Source of the DNA: Pseudomonadales bacterium
GTDB taxonomy: Bacteria > Pseudomonadota > Gammaproteobacteria > Pseudomonadales > IMCC2047
Direction: 5' to 3'
Assembly (NCBI GenBank): GCA_041395865.1
Contig: JAWKZQ010000006.1
Location: forward strand, 6,718-70,717
Length of the DNA stretch: 64,000 nt
The stretch's first letter is position 1. Each line of letters begins with the position of its first letter. Made by a program: the position numbers and the translations under genes. The notes under the pieces are model-generated. The model had not been told where the DNA came from and did no database searches. It was given only the letters and a program-made list of their open reading frames with translations. Shown here one piece after another: positions 49,714 to 58,925 of this stretch.

Positions 49714-49764
49714 AACGGCGGACATTCTACCTGAAAACTTTGGGCGGTTAAAACAATACGAGTG

Positions 49765-50385
49765 ATGAACTACATAACTGACGGTGATAGTGGTAAGGGT
49801 GTGCTGGTGCTTGCTCATGGAGCCGGTGCGCCAATGGACAGTGAATTTATGAATCGGGTGGCCGGAGGCGTTGCGGAGCAAGGAATCAGGGTTGTACGGT
49901 TTGAGTTTCCCTATATGGAAGCACGGCGTAATACGGGTAAAAAAAGGCCTCCCGACCGCCAGGCAGTTTTATTGGAAAGCTGGGAAAAGGTGATTGAGGA
50001 ACTTGGCGGGCCGCAGCGACTGGTTATCGGCGGTAAATCCATGGGAGGGCGAATGGCCAGCCTGATTGCAACCCGGTATCCGCTTAGGGGGCTGGTGTGT
50101 TTGGGTTATCCATTTCATCCGCCGGGCAAGCCGGAGCGGCTGCGAACGGAACACTTCGCTGAAATCTGCGTGCCAACGCTGATTATACAGGGAGAAAGGG
50201 ATGCGCTGGGCAATCGCGGTGAAGTGGAGGGCTACGGACTTCCTGATGGCTTTAATGTCGTCTGGTTGGGGGATGGAGATCATGACTTCAAACCGCGTGT
50301 CAGATCCGGTATCTCTTACGAGCGGAATATCACCGATGCTGTCGCGGCTGTTGTCGAATTCATGGCGCGTCTGGAGCAGGCGTAG
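49765..50385 (+). CDS. alpha/beta-fold hydrolase (KANL3/Tex30-like, COG3571-type)
   Basis: VLAHGAGAPMDS, nucleophile elbow GGKSMGG, and a late DGDHDF motif. GTG at 49762 or ATG at 49765. Confidence 0.7.
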   Translation: MNYITDGDSGKGVLVLAHGAGAPMDSEFMNRVAGGVAEQGIRVVRFEFPYMEARRNTGKKRPPDRQAVLLESWEKVIEELGGPQRLVIGGKSMGGRMASLIATRYPLRGLVCLGYPFHPPGKPERLRTEHFAEICVPTLIIQGERDALGNRGEVEGYGLPDGFNVVWLGDGDHDFKPRVRSGISYERNITDAVAAVVEFMARLEQA

Positions 50386-50450
50386 AGGTTACAAGTGTTT
50401 GCTGGTAGAATGCGGCCTCGTATTCTCCCTAGTGGGTTAAAATTGTAGTT

Positions 50451-50693
50451 ATGCGTGTTTTTGAACTTCGAGCAGATCATTTCATGGATGCCACAGGGCT
50501 GTTTTGCCCCGAACCTGTAATGATGCTGCATAATAAGGTGCGGGAAATGGCCTCGGGGGACCTCTTGGAAGTGGTAGCGACAGATCCGTCAACCGAAAGG
50601 GATATTCCGAAGTTTTGTCAATTTCTGGGGCATCAGTTGATCGAGAATCAACAGCAGGATGACCGTTTTTACTACCTTATCCAGAAAGGTTGA
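50451..50693 (+). CDS. tusA: sulfurtransferase TusA
   Basis: 80 aa. Active-site CPEP motif (DATGLFCPEPVMML). Confidence 0.85.
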   Translation: MRVFELRADHFMDATGLFCPEPVMMLHNKVREMASGDLLEVVATDPSTERDIPKFCQFLGHQLIENQQQDDRFYYLIQKG

Positions 50694-50703
50694 TAGGGCT
50701 AGG

Positions 50704-51405
50704 CTACAGCCGAATCAAAGCCGACATTGCTCGAATCGCCTCCGGATCATTGGTTTTGATCTTGTTGGCAATCCCGTACTGGAAGAAATAGCGGAAGTAG
50801 GGGCTTTCGTTAACCGGATAAAGGGCTTTATCGCCGGTTAAAACGGGGGTTTGCTGTACTTTGTCGGGGTTTATCAGCATCCCGATAATCTGTCCATCGG
50901 GGTGCAGTTGCCAGCTTAATACTTCGGTGACTTCAAAGGCGCTGCCGGTTTTGTCGGCAAAAACAGCATGGGTTCCTATGGTGTCCGGTATTTCCTGGAT
51001 GATTTCGTTTTGGGTTTTTTCCGTGCTGGCGCCATAGAGTTCATAGGCGGCTTCCAGTTCGGAACGTTTGTAGGCGGGGGCATCATAAAAGACATGGCCA
51101 TTATGTGGGCTTAGGTAGCCCTCCCAGTGACCATTAAGCGGGTCTCTGAGCGTCGGGCAGGGTGTAATGCTGTTGAGCCATGGAACCAGACCGACAACCT
51201 CGCCGTCACGTTGCAGGCCCCAGGCAATGATTTTCAACTTAAAGAGCTTACCGGGATTGGCGTCGTTGCAGTAGAGCATGCAGAGGCTATCAAACTCAGG
51301 TGAGAGGCGAACAATACGTTTATCCTCGCCTGACTGCAGGACGCGGCCGGTAAAGAGGTCAATCACAGGCGCTTTTCGGACACGGGATTTTCCAGTCATA
51401 GGCAA
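50704..51405 (-). CDS. hypothetical protein (no family recognised)
   Basis: 233-aa ORF with native-looking codon usage, no signal peptide or TM helix, and no motif I recognise. Confidence 0.55.
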   Translation of the reverse strand: MPMTGKSRVRKAPVIDLFTGRVLQSGEDKRIVRLSPEFDSLCMLYCNDANPGKLFKLKIIAWGLQRDGEVVGLVPWLNSITPCPTLRDPLNGHWEGYLSPHNGHVFYDAPAYKRSELEAAYELYGASTEKTQNEIIQEIPDTIGTHAVFADKTGSAFEVTEVLSWQLHPDGQIIGMLINPDKVQQTPVLTGDKALYPVNESPYFRYFFQYGIANKIKTNDPEAIRAMSALIRL

Positions 51406-51519
51406 TCCACCCGGGTGGCTTTGTTATTAGTATAAGACAGTTTTGCCGGTTGAATGTTCTTGAATGCCCGAAGGGCAGCAATTAGCGGCACAACCGGCGT
51501 AGTAGTGGTAGAGGAGTAA

Positions 51520-52068
51520 ATGCATCACGCGAAGGATTTGGTAACGCTTTTCAATCGCCTTTTCAAAGCGTCTTTTTGCACGGTGCTGCAAGGCGATGGC
51601 GAAGAGCCGATTTATTTGCCTGCTGATGGGGCAGACGTGTGCCACCGTATTGTTTTTACCCGGGATTACTACGCCAGCGCATTGCATGAAATCAGCCACT
51701 GGTGTGTTGCCGGCGAAGCACGTCGGCAGTTGGTCGATTACGGTTACTGGTATGAGCCTGATGGCCGTAGTCCGGAACAACAACGTGCGTTTGAGGCGGT
51801 TGAAGTTGTACCGCAGGCGTTGGAATGGATATTTTCTGCGGCTGCCGGAGTGAAATTTCGGGTCAGTGCCGATAACTTAAATGGCCGCGGTGAAGATACC
51901 GGCCTTTTTACAGAGCAGGTTAGGGCGCAGGTTGGGCGTTATCTCTCGCTGGGGCTGACGGGCAGGGCCGCGTTGTTTTGCCAGGCGCTGATCGATTTTT
52001 ATAGCCGCCACAAAGCGTTTCAGTCTTTTGAAAAACAAATGCTGGATATAAAGGGTTGCCAGCCGTAA
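51520..52068 (+). CDS. epmC: elongation factor P hydroxylase EpmC (YfcM family)
   Basis: 182 aa. LVTLFNRLF, EPIYLPA, HEISHWCVAGEARR and DYGYWYxPDGR motifs characteristic of YfcM. Confidence 0.8.
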   Translation: MHHAKDLVTLFNRLFKASFCTVLQGDGEEPIYLPADGADVCHRIVFTRDYYASALHEISHWCVAGEARRQLVDYGYWYEPDGRSPEQQRAFEAVEVVPQALEWIFSAAAGVKFRVSADNLNGRGEDTGLFTEQVRAQVGRYLSLGLTGRAALFCQALIDFYSRHKAFQSFEKQMLDIKGCQP

Positions 52069-52090
52069 GGTCTGTCTGGCTAAGGCCTGT

Positions 52091-53593
52091 TTAATAATCG
52101 AGCTCGGCATCCAGTGCCGCGGCGTACCGAATACTCTGCACAAGCCCGGCGCGATCCTGGGCGGCGGCTCTGTTGTTTTCTTCGTCTTGACTCGTCGTAC
52201 GCGTGGATCTTGTTTTGGTTGGGACCACGGCAATGTCGGTGTTGTAGAGCGAGCGGTATTGACCCTTAAGAAATTCAGCCAAATCTGTTAGCTGGCGTTT
52301 GGTGCGTTCGGCATCCTTTACCAGGCTGCCAATCTGGTCCTGAATGGTCAAGGGCTGCTGCTCAGGCGTCCTTTCTGACGTCACTTCGGGTGAAGCGCAA
52401 AGGCTCTGGTGCTCGGTTGCGACATCTTCGTCATTGGCCGGGGGTAATTGAACCGCTACCTGCGAGCGAAGCTCCGGCGGTAGCTGATCCTGCGCCTGTT
52501 CCAGCAGGTCAATGGCCTGTTGCGGCAAGGTGCCGAATTGCAGCAAGTAATTTTCGATAAGGGCCGCCAGCAGTTCTTCGCTTTGTTGTTGGCTGAACTC
52601 CTGGTTGCTAAGGGCGTCTTTTGTCAGTGCGAGGATGCGGGACGTTTCTTTTTCCTGTCGGCTGCTGATAACGTCTGAGGTTTCCAGGGTAACAGTGGCT
52701 TCACTATCGGCATCTTCGACGCCGGGTGCACTGGTTGAGGCGATAGGAGACTGGCTGCGTCTGCGCCAAAATTGGCTAATGCTGCCCTGTGGCGTTTCCT
52801 CTGCTTTGAAGTGTTTGATCAAAATCTGGGTGAGCAGGGTAATACAGCGGGCGGCGGGCGATTGGGGTTCGCTGATAATGACCGGTGTCTGGCTGGCAAC
52901 GGCGTTGCGCATTGCCCTGTCCATGGGGATATAACCCAGGTAACGAACCTTGAGGTGGACATACTTGTTGATGGCATGGGCAAAACGTTTGAACACGTCC
53001 ATGCTGTGTTTGTAGTTATTGGCCATGTTTACCAGCGCATAAACAGGCTGCTGGTAATGTCGGCGTTGCAGCACCTTGATCAACGAGAAAGCGTCTGTCA
53101 GCGAAGTGGGTTCAGGTGAAATCACCACGACGGCAAACTGGGCAGATTGAAGGAAGCTGATGACGGTTTCGCTGATGCCGGCTGCTGTATCGATCAGGAT
53201 GTAATCAAATTGCGATTCCAAAGCCTGCAATGCTTCAAGGATACGCTGTTGCTGTGAATCACTGAGGTGTGAAAATTCTGCGATGCCGCTTGCCGAAGGT
53301 ACAATTTGCACGCCTTCCGGGCCTTCGAGCAGAATCTCCTCAATGGTTTTTTCCCCGTTGATAAACTGCTCAAGGGTGTATTTAGGCGTCAGGCCCAGCA
53401 GGATGTTGATGTTGGCAAGGCTGGTGTCGGCATCGAAAATGCAAACGCGCAGCCCTTGTTTTGCCAATGCGATACCCAAGTTGGTGGTCAGGTTGGTTTT
53501 TCCTACACCCCCTTTACCACTAGTAACAGCAACAGTCAGTGCTGAATGCTGCACACCCGATTCGCTGTTATTATCCGTTTCGCTATTGGCCAT
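52091..53593 (-). CDS. MinD/FlhG-like P-loop ATPase with ~230-aa C-terminal extension
   Basis: Deviant Walker A TSGKGGVGKTN and an FDADTSLANINILLGL switch region very similar to FlhG/MinD. After about residue 270 there is an acidic/Gln/Ser-rich region with predicted helices and no recognised domain. Confidence 0.75.
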   Translation of the reverse strand: MANSETDNNSESGVQHSALTVAVTSGKGGVGKTNLTTNLGIALAKQGLRVCIFDADTSLANINILLGLTPKYTLEQFINGEKTIEEILLEGPEGVQIVPSASGIAEFSHLSDSQQQRILEALQALESQFDYILIDTAAGISETVISFLQSAQFAVVVISPEPTSLTDAFSLIKVLQRRHYQQPVYALVNMANNYKHSMDVFKRFAHAINKYVHLKVRYLGYIPMDRAMRNAVASQTPVIISEPQSPAARCITLLTQILIKHFKAEETPQGSISQFWRRRSQSPIASTSAPGVEDADSEATVTLETSDVISSRQEKETSRILALTKDALSNQEFSQQQSEELLAALIENYLLQFGTLPQQAIDLLEQAQDQLPPELRSQVAVQLPPANDEDVATEHQSLCASPEVTSERTPEQQPLTIQDQIGSLVKDAERTKRQLTDLAEFLKGQYRSLYNTDIAVVPTKTRSTRTTSQDEENNRAAAQDRAGLVQSIRYAAALDAELDY

Positions 53594-53771
53594 ACCTGTT
53601 CTTTACTGTTGCTGATTTGCGGATCCTGTAGGAATTATTCTAGCACCATAATTTATTTAGGTGCATTCGGGCGGCCAGACTTTTGACTTTAACCTGATGG
53701 CGGCTATAGTTACCAAAGTGTTTAACTGCCGCATATGCTGTGGCTGTAGAGATAAAACAATAACAAAATAT

Positions 53772-55904
53772 ATGATGCCTCAATCTCTTGATGACGTGTT
53801 TTCGGACATTGACATCAATAAACTACCTACCCTGCCTCAAGTCCTTCTGATTTTCCTGGATGCGACTCACGCCGAGGTTGTGTCCTTTGATAAGTTGGCC
53901 GATGTGGTCAAAAAAGATGCTGCACTCAGCGCGCGCATTGTCGCTGCCGCCAATTCGGCTTACTACGGCGGTCAGGGAAAGTCCCTGACCTTTGAGCGGG
54001 TGTTGGTAATGCTGGGGCTGCAAACCATTAAAACAATTGCAATCACGGCTTCCGTTCAGCAATTTTTTTCGCACTTTGACGGTGCGAGTGCGCGTCGGCA
54101 AAAAGCCTTCTGGCGGGATTCCTTAACCTGTGCGCAGTTGGCAAAAAAACTGGCGAAGCTGACGGGGTATGCGTTCGAGGATGAGGCTTACCTGGCTGGC
54201 CTTATTCATAATATCGGTGCGTTGGTTTTCTCAAATAATTTCCCGCAGCAATATGGGGCCCTGATCGAAGAGGCTGAAAACGAACAGCGCCTTATCGAGC
54301 TTGAAACCGAGACTTTTGGCGGCAGCCGTTTCCAGGCCGGTTCCTGGATAGTTGATAGCTGGCATGTTGATCCGTTCATGGCAGATGCTGTGCTGTATCA
54401 AAACGAGCCAGTCGAAGCGTTAAATGGCGCGCATCACCTCGTCAAAATTCTTGCGGTTGCCTGTCGTCTCTGTCTGTGTAATGGCAGTGTTGAAGATGAG
54501 TCCGTACAGGCCGCGGAACGGGTTTTCGATCTTAGCCACGCATTGATCAGTGATCTTTTAACAGAGAGTAAAAGGGAAGTGGCCGAAATGGCCAGGTCCA
54601 TGGAAATAGACCTGGGAAGCCTGGATGAGGAACCCTCCAGCCAGGTGACCGAGCAAGACGAAGTCAAACAGGTGGAGCTTGCCGGTAAGGTTCGTGATAT
54701 TGCCTTGCTTAATGGCGTGCGCCAGGACTTGTCGCAAACGTCGGATGAAAAATCCGTCCGTGAAGCGATTCTAAAAAGCCTCAAGATTTTATTTGGCTGC
54801 CAACGCAGCCTGTTTTTCGAGCTTAGTAAAGATGGAGCCTCACTGAGGGGACGAATCGCAGATGAACCGGATAGCCACGTGTCCGATTTTGAAATCGCAC
54901 TTTCGGCTGAAGGCAGTGTGTTGACGCGCTGCTTTAATCAAAAACGGGTTGTTCACTCATTGGATGATCGCGATGCTGTACCCCCGAATGTCATGGACAG
55001 GCAACTGACCAAACTGGTTGGTGGCGAAGCAATTGTCTGTTTACCCCTGATACAGGATGAGCAGGCGTTGGGCGTATTGGTTGTAGGTGTGAACATGCGT
55101 GTCGCCAAAGCCTTTGAACGTCAGTCGCAACTCTGGCGTATGTTTGCCAATGAGGCGGCCTATGCGATTTTGCTCCAGCGTCAGCAGGTTCAGGCGCAGT
55201 TGGAGAAAGGTGAAGAGGATAGTGCTTTCTACCATGCCAGGGCACGGGAAATAGTGCATGAGGTTAACAACCCGCTCAGCATCGTAAAAAACTATGTGCA
55301 TATCCTGGCGGCCAAACTTGATGAGCAGGATGTCGCCAGGGACGAGTTGCAGATTATCAAGGAAGAGTTGGACCGGGCCGGCCAGATTCTGCTGCGTTTG
55401 CCAGGAATCACCGAACAGAAGACAACTTTGTCAGGTGCAGCGTTGTTGGATGTGAATACGCTGATCACCGATTTGTTAAAGATTTTCCGGTCTTCGTTAT
55501 TTACGGCGCAGAGTATTGAAGCGTTAGTTGATCTGGATGAGGCCATGCAGCCTATCATTTGCGATCGTAATGCCTTGAAGCAAATTTTGACCAATTTAAT
55601 CAAAAATGCCTCCGAAGCGTTAAGTGCGGGAGGGCGAATCACAGTTGAAACGCAGGCTCAGGTGAACTTTAATGGGCGCAATTATGTGGAAATTGTAATT
55701 GCCGATAACGGCCCGGGTATTTCTGAACAGGTTCAAGAGAGGCTTTTTACCCCTGTACAGACGACCAAAGGGGGTGATCATGCCGGGTTGGGGTTGAGCA
55801 TTGTCAAAAACCTGGTTGATAATTTGGATGGATCCATTAGCTGCAGAAGTAGCGCCAGAAACGGAACGCGCTTTGAAATATTGATTCCCAGAATCTTGGA
55901 GTAG
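53772..55904 (+). CDS. soluble sensor histidine kinase: HDOD - GAF-like - HisKA - HATPase_c
   Basis: HDOD N-terminus (LPTLPQVLLIFLD ... IVAAANSAYYG ... LGLQTIK). H-box HEVNNPLSIVKNY. N-box LTNLIKNASEA. G-boxes DNGPGI and GLGLSIV. No TM segments. ATG at 53772. Confidence 0.85.
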   Translation: MMPQSLDDVFSDIDINKLPTLPQVLLIFLDATHAEVVSFDKLADVVKKDAALSARIVAAANSAYYGGQGKSLTFERVLVMLGLQTIKTIAITASVQQFFSHFDGASARRQKAFWRDSLTCAQLAKKLAKLTGYAFEDEAYLAGLIHNIGALVFSNNFPQQYGALIEEAENEQRLIELETETFGGSRFQAGSWIVDSWHVDPFMADAVLYQNEPVEALNGAHHLVKILAVACRLCLCNGSVEDESVQAAERVFDLSHALISDLLTESKREVAEMARSMEIDLGSLDEEPSSQVTEQDEVKQVELAGKVRDIALLNGVRQDLSQTSDEKSVREAILKSLKILFGCQRSLFFELSKDGASLRGRIADEPDSHVSDFEIALSAEGSVLTRCFNQKRVVHSLDDRDAVPPNVMDRQLTKLVGGEAIVCLPLIQDEQALGVLVVGVNMRVAKAFERQSQLWRMFANEAAYAILLQRQQVQAQLEKGEEDSAFYHARAREIVHEVNNPLSIVKNYVHILAAKLDEQDVARDELQIIKEELDRAGQILLRLPGITEQKTTLSGAALLDVNTLITDLLKIFRSSLFTAQSIEALVDLDEAMQPIICDRNALKQILTNLIKNASEALSAGGRITVETQAQVNFNGRNYVEIVIADNGPGISEQVQERLFTPVQTTKGGDHAGLGLSIVKNLVDNLDGSISCRSSARNGTRFEILIPRILE

Positions 55905-55950
55905 CAGCCAGCTATCTCGGACGGTGACAGAAGCGATGGATTTATAAAAA

Positions 55951-58101
55951 ATGATACAGCACGACGAATTAATCCTTGTTGTTGATGACCAGCCGAGAAT
56001 GCTGCAAAGCCTACAGGAACTGATGACCATCAGTGGTTATCGGGTGATCACGGCTTTGGGGGGGCAGCAGGCTGTACACCAACTCAGCGAGCACAACGTT
56101 GATTTGATGCTGCTGGATCTGAAAATGCCGGGTTATAGCGGCCACCAGGTGATGGATTATATTGATGAGCACAAGATCGATACCACGGTTATTGTGGTCA
56201 GTGGTGAGTCCTCCTTCGATACCATGTCCCAGGTACTTCGGCGCCGCGCCTACGATTACATTCGTAAACCCTATGTTCCCGACGAATTGCTCCACACCGT
56301 TGAAAATGCATTGAAAGCCCGCCGTTTGGCGAATGATAACCGGCTGATCAATGACAAACTGGTGTGTTCCGAGCGATTGCACCGTTACCTGGTTAACAGT
56401 TCCCCGGATATTGTTTATTTGATCGACCGTGATGGCCGGTTCACTTATGTTAACGACAGGATCACGCTATTGCTGGGCTTTCAGCGCGATGACTTGATTG
56501 GACGCCATTATCGGGACCTGGTGTTTATCGAGGATATTGAGCAGGCGGCCTATGTTTTCAGTGCGCGTGAAATTCATGACACCACGCCAAGAAATGTGGA
56601 GCTGCGTTTCAAATGCAAAGACCAGGACCGGCCACCCAAGTATTTTGAAATTAATACAATCCCGATTGAGCTCGAGAGCAATGAGCTTTTTGAACAGCCT
56701 ATTGGTGAAGAGCAGTTCGTTGGTGTTTACGGTGTAGCCCGGGATATTTCAGAGCGTAAGGAAGCCGAGCGGACCATCAATTTCCAGGCTTACCATGATT
56801 TACTGACACGATTGCCAAATCGCGCGCTGTTCAAGGATCGTTTGAATCTTGCCATCGCGCAGGCCAAACGATCAGGGCAGAAAATGGCGGTCATGTTTCT
56901 GGATTTGGATCGTTTCAAGCTGGTTAACGATACGCTTGGCCACATTTACGGCGACGAACTGCTCCAGCTGGTCAGCCAACGCCTTCAGGATTGCCTGCGT
57001 GAGGGCGATACGCTGGCACGTTTCGGCGGCGATGAATTTACCCTGCTGTTGCCGCAGATCACCGGGCAGGAAGATGCGACGGCGATTGCCCGTAAAATTA
57101 TTGAAACGATGCGCGAACCCTTCGTTATCGAGGGGAATGATATTTATGTGACGATCAGTGTTGGCATTGCCATGTATCCTCATGACGGCGCCACGATGGA
57201 GGCGTTGGTAAAAAACGCCGATATTGCCATGTACCACATTAAAGGGCGGGGTAAAAACGACTACCAGTTTTTCTCCCGGGAAATGAATGAGGCGTCAATG
57301 CAGCGCCTGTCCCTGGAGCGGGATATGCGCAAAGGGCTTGAACAGGATCAGTTTGAGCTGCATTTCCAGCCTCAGGTGGACGTGGTGACCGGACAGGTCG
57401 TCGCCGTGGAAGCGTTGGTGCGCTGGCATCATCCTACCCTGGGCATGATTGCACCAACCGATTTTATTGCCGTCGCCGAGGATACCGGCTTGATTCTGCC
57501 TTTGGGGGAATGGGTCATCCGTAAGGCCTGCCGGGTGCTGCGCTCCTGGCGTGACGCAGGCATTATGGATGTTCGCATGGCCATTAATCTGTCAGCCATG
57601 CAAATTGAGCACAAAAGCTGCGTTGAGTTGATTAAAGAGGTGATGTACCAGAATCGGCTTAGCGGTCATGATCTGGAGATGGAAATCACCGAAAACCTGA
57701 TCATGCAGGACATGGAAAACGCAATTAAGAAGCTGATTCAGTTGAATGAGCTGGGCGTGCAAATTGCGATTGACGATTTTGGTACGGGCTATTCGTCCCT
57801 GAGCTATTTGCAAAAACTGCCTATCCATACCCTGAAAATTGATCGTTCTTTCGTCCATGAAATTCAGGAAGGCGGAGGCGATGCCTGTATCGTGGATGCC
57901 GTCATTGCCATGGCGCGGGGGCTTAAACTCAATCTGATTGCCGAAGGTGTGGAAACTGAACACCAGATGGAGTATTTACGTTCGCAAGGTTGCGGAGAAA
58001 TGCAGGGCTATTATTTCGGGGCTCCTGCGCCGGAGGAGGAGACAGTGTTATTGTTGACACAATCCCCTTTCGATCAGTTTGCGCTGCCAAGCGTCGGGTG
58101 A
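55951..58101 (+). CDS. response regulator with REC - PAS - GGDEF - EAL domains
   Basis: REC (VVDDQP ... LLDLKMPG). PAS (SPDIVYLIDRDGRFTYVN). Intact RFGGDEF. EAL (VEALVRW, DDFGTGYSSL, KIDRSF). Confidence 0.9.
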   Translation: MIQHDELILVVDDQPRMLQSLQELMTISGYRVITALGGQQAVHQLSEHNVDLMLLDLKMPGYSGHQVMDYIDEHKIDTTVIVVSGESSFDTMSQVLRRRAYDYIRKPYVPDELLHTVENALKARRLANDNRLINDKLVCSERLHRYLVNSSPDIVYLIDRDGRFTYVNDRITLLLGFQRDDLIGRHYRDLVFIEDIEQAAYVFSAREIHDTTPRNVELRFKCKDQDRPPKYFEINTIPIELESNELFEQPIGEEQFVGVYGVARDISERKEAERTINFQAYHDLLTRLPNRALFKDRLNLAIAQAKRSGQKMAVMFLDLDRFKLVNDTLGHIYGDELLQLVSQRLQDCLREGDTLARFGGDEFTLLLPQITGQEDATAIARKIIETMREPFVIEGNDIYVTISVGIAMYPHDGATMEALVKNADIAMYHIKGRGKNDYQFFSREMNEASMQRLSLERDMRKGLEQDQFELHFQPQVDVVTGQVVAVEALVRWHHPTLGMIAPTDFIAVAEDTGLILPLGEWVIRKACRVLRSWRDAGIMDVRMAINLSAMQIEHKSCVELIKEVMYQNRLSGHDLEMEITENLIMQDMENAIKKLIQLNELGVQIAIDDFGTGYSSLSYLQKLPIHTLKIDRSFVHEIQEGGGDACIVDAVIAMARGLKLNLIAEGVETEHQMEYLRSQGCGEMQGYYFGAPAPEEETVLLLTQSPFDQFALPSVG

Positions 58102-58133
58102 TAAACGCAGCGCAATAAATTGAGTTTCAGGAC

Positions 58134-58925
58134 TTAGTTTATACCAAAGAAGCGCGCTGCATTGGTGCGGGTTTGAGCGGCGACTTCTGCCTCTTCCTTT
58201 CCCAGGCTCTCACTGACCACGCTGAGGATATGCGGCAGGTAGCAGGGCTCGTTATTTCTTGATTTAGGCCTTGGTTTTAATGTCCTGGGTATTAAATAGG
58301 GCGCATCGGTCTCAAGCATCAATCGGTCAGCAGGAATCAACCGGATCAGCTCGCGTAGGTGTAGCCCGCGACGTTCGTCGCAAATCCAGCCGGTAATACC
58401 AATGTGCATATCCAGTTCCAGATAAGCTTCCAGCTCCTTTTGATCGCCGGTAAAGCAGTGAATGACGGCGTTACAGAGATGGCTTCTCAGGGCTTTGATG
58501 CGCTCGTAAAAGGGCTGGTGGGCATCCCGTTGATGCAGGTACACGGGTAACTGTAATTCACCCGCTAGTTGCAGCTGCGCTTCAAAGCAAGTGAGTTGCT
58601 GCTCCTGGGGCGAGTAATTACGGTTAAAGTCGAGGCCTGTTTCCCCGATCGCCTTTACCTCCGGCTGCTGCGCCAGCTGGCGGATTTCATCGAGGCTTTT
58701 GTTGTTGAAGGTCTTAGCCTGATGAGGATGAATACCGGCTGTGGCATAACAGCCGGTATTTTCTTTGGCGAGATTAATGGCATCCCGACTATCCGGGATA
58801 TCGCTGCCAATCAAGACAAACCGATCAACGCCAGCATTCCGCGCGCGCGCGATCACTTCCTGTTCGTGCGATTTGAAACAATGGCTGGTGAGGTTGACGC
58901 CAATATCCGTGAGAGCCTTATTCAT
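58134..58925 (-). CDS. tatD: TatD-family metal-dependent hydrolase/DNase
   Basis: MNKALTDIGVNLTSHCF start (ATG 58925), then AGIHPH, GETGLD, HCFTG, ETDAPYL. Overlaps the stop of the upstream EAL-HDOD gene by 8 nt. Confidence 0.85.
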   Translation of the reverse strand: MNKALTDIGVNLTSHCFKSHEQEVIARARNAGVDRFVLIGSDIPDSRDAINLAKENTGCYATAGIHPHQAKTFNNKSLDEIRQLAQQPEVKAIGETGLDFNRNYSPQEQQLTCFEAQLQLAGELQLPVYLHQRDAHQPFYERIKALRSHLCNAVIHCFTGDQKELEAYLELDMHIGITGWICDERRGLHLRELIRLIPADRLMLETDAPYLIPRTLKPRPKSRNNEPCYLPHILSVVSESLGKEEAEVAAQTRTNAARFFGIN

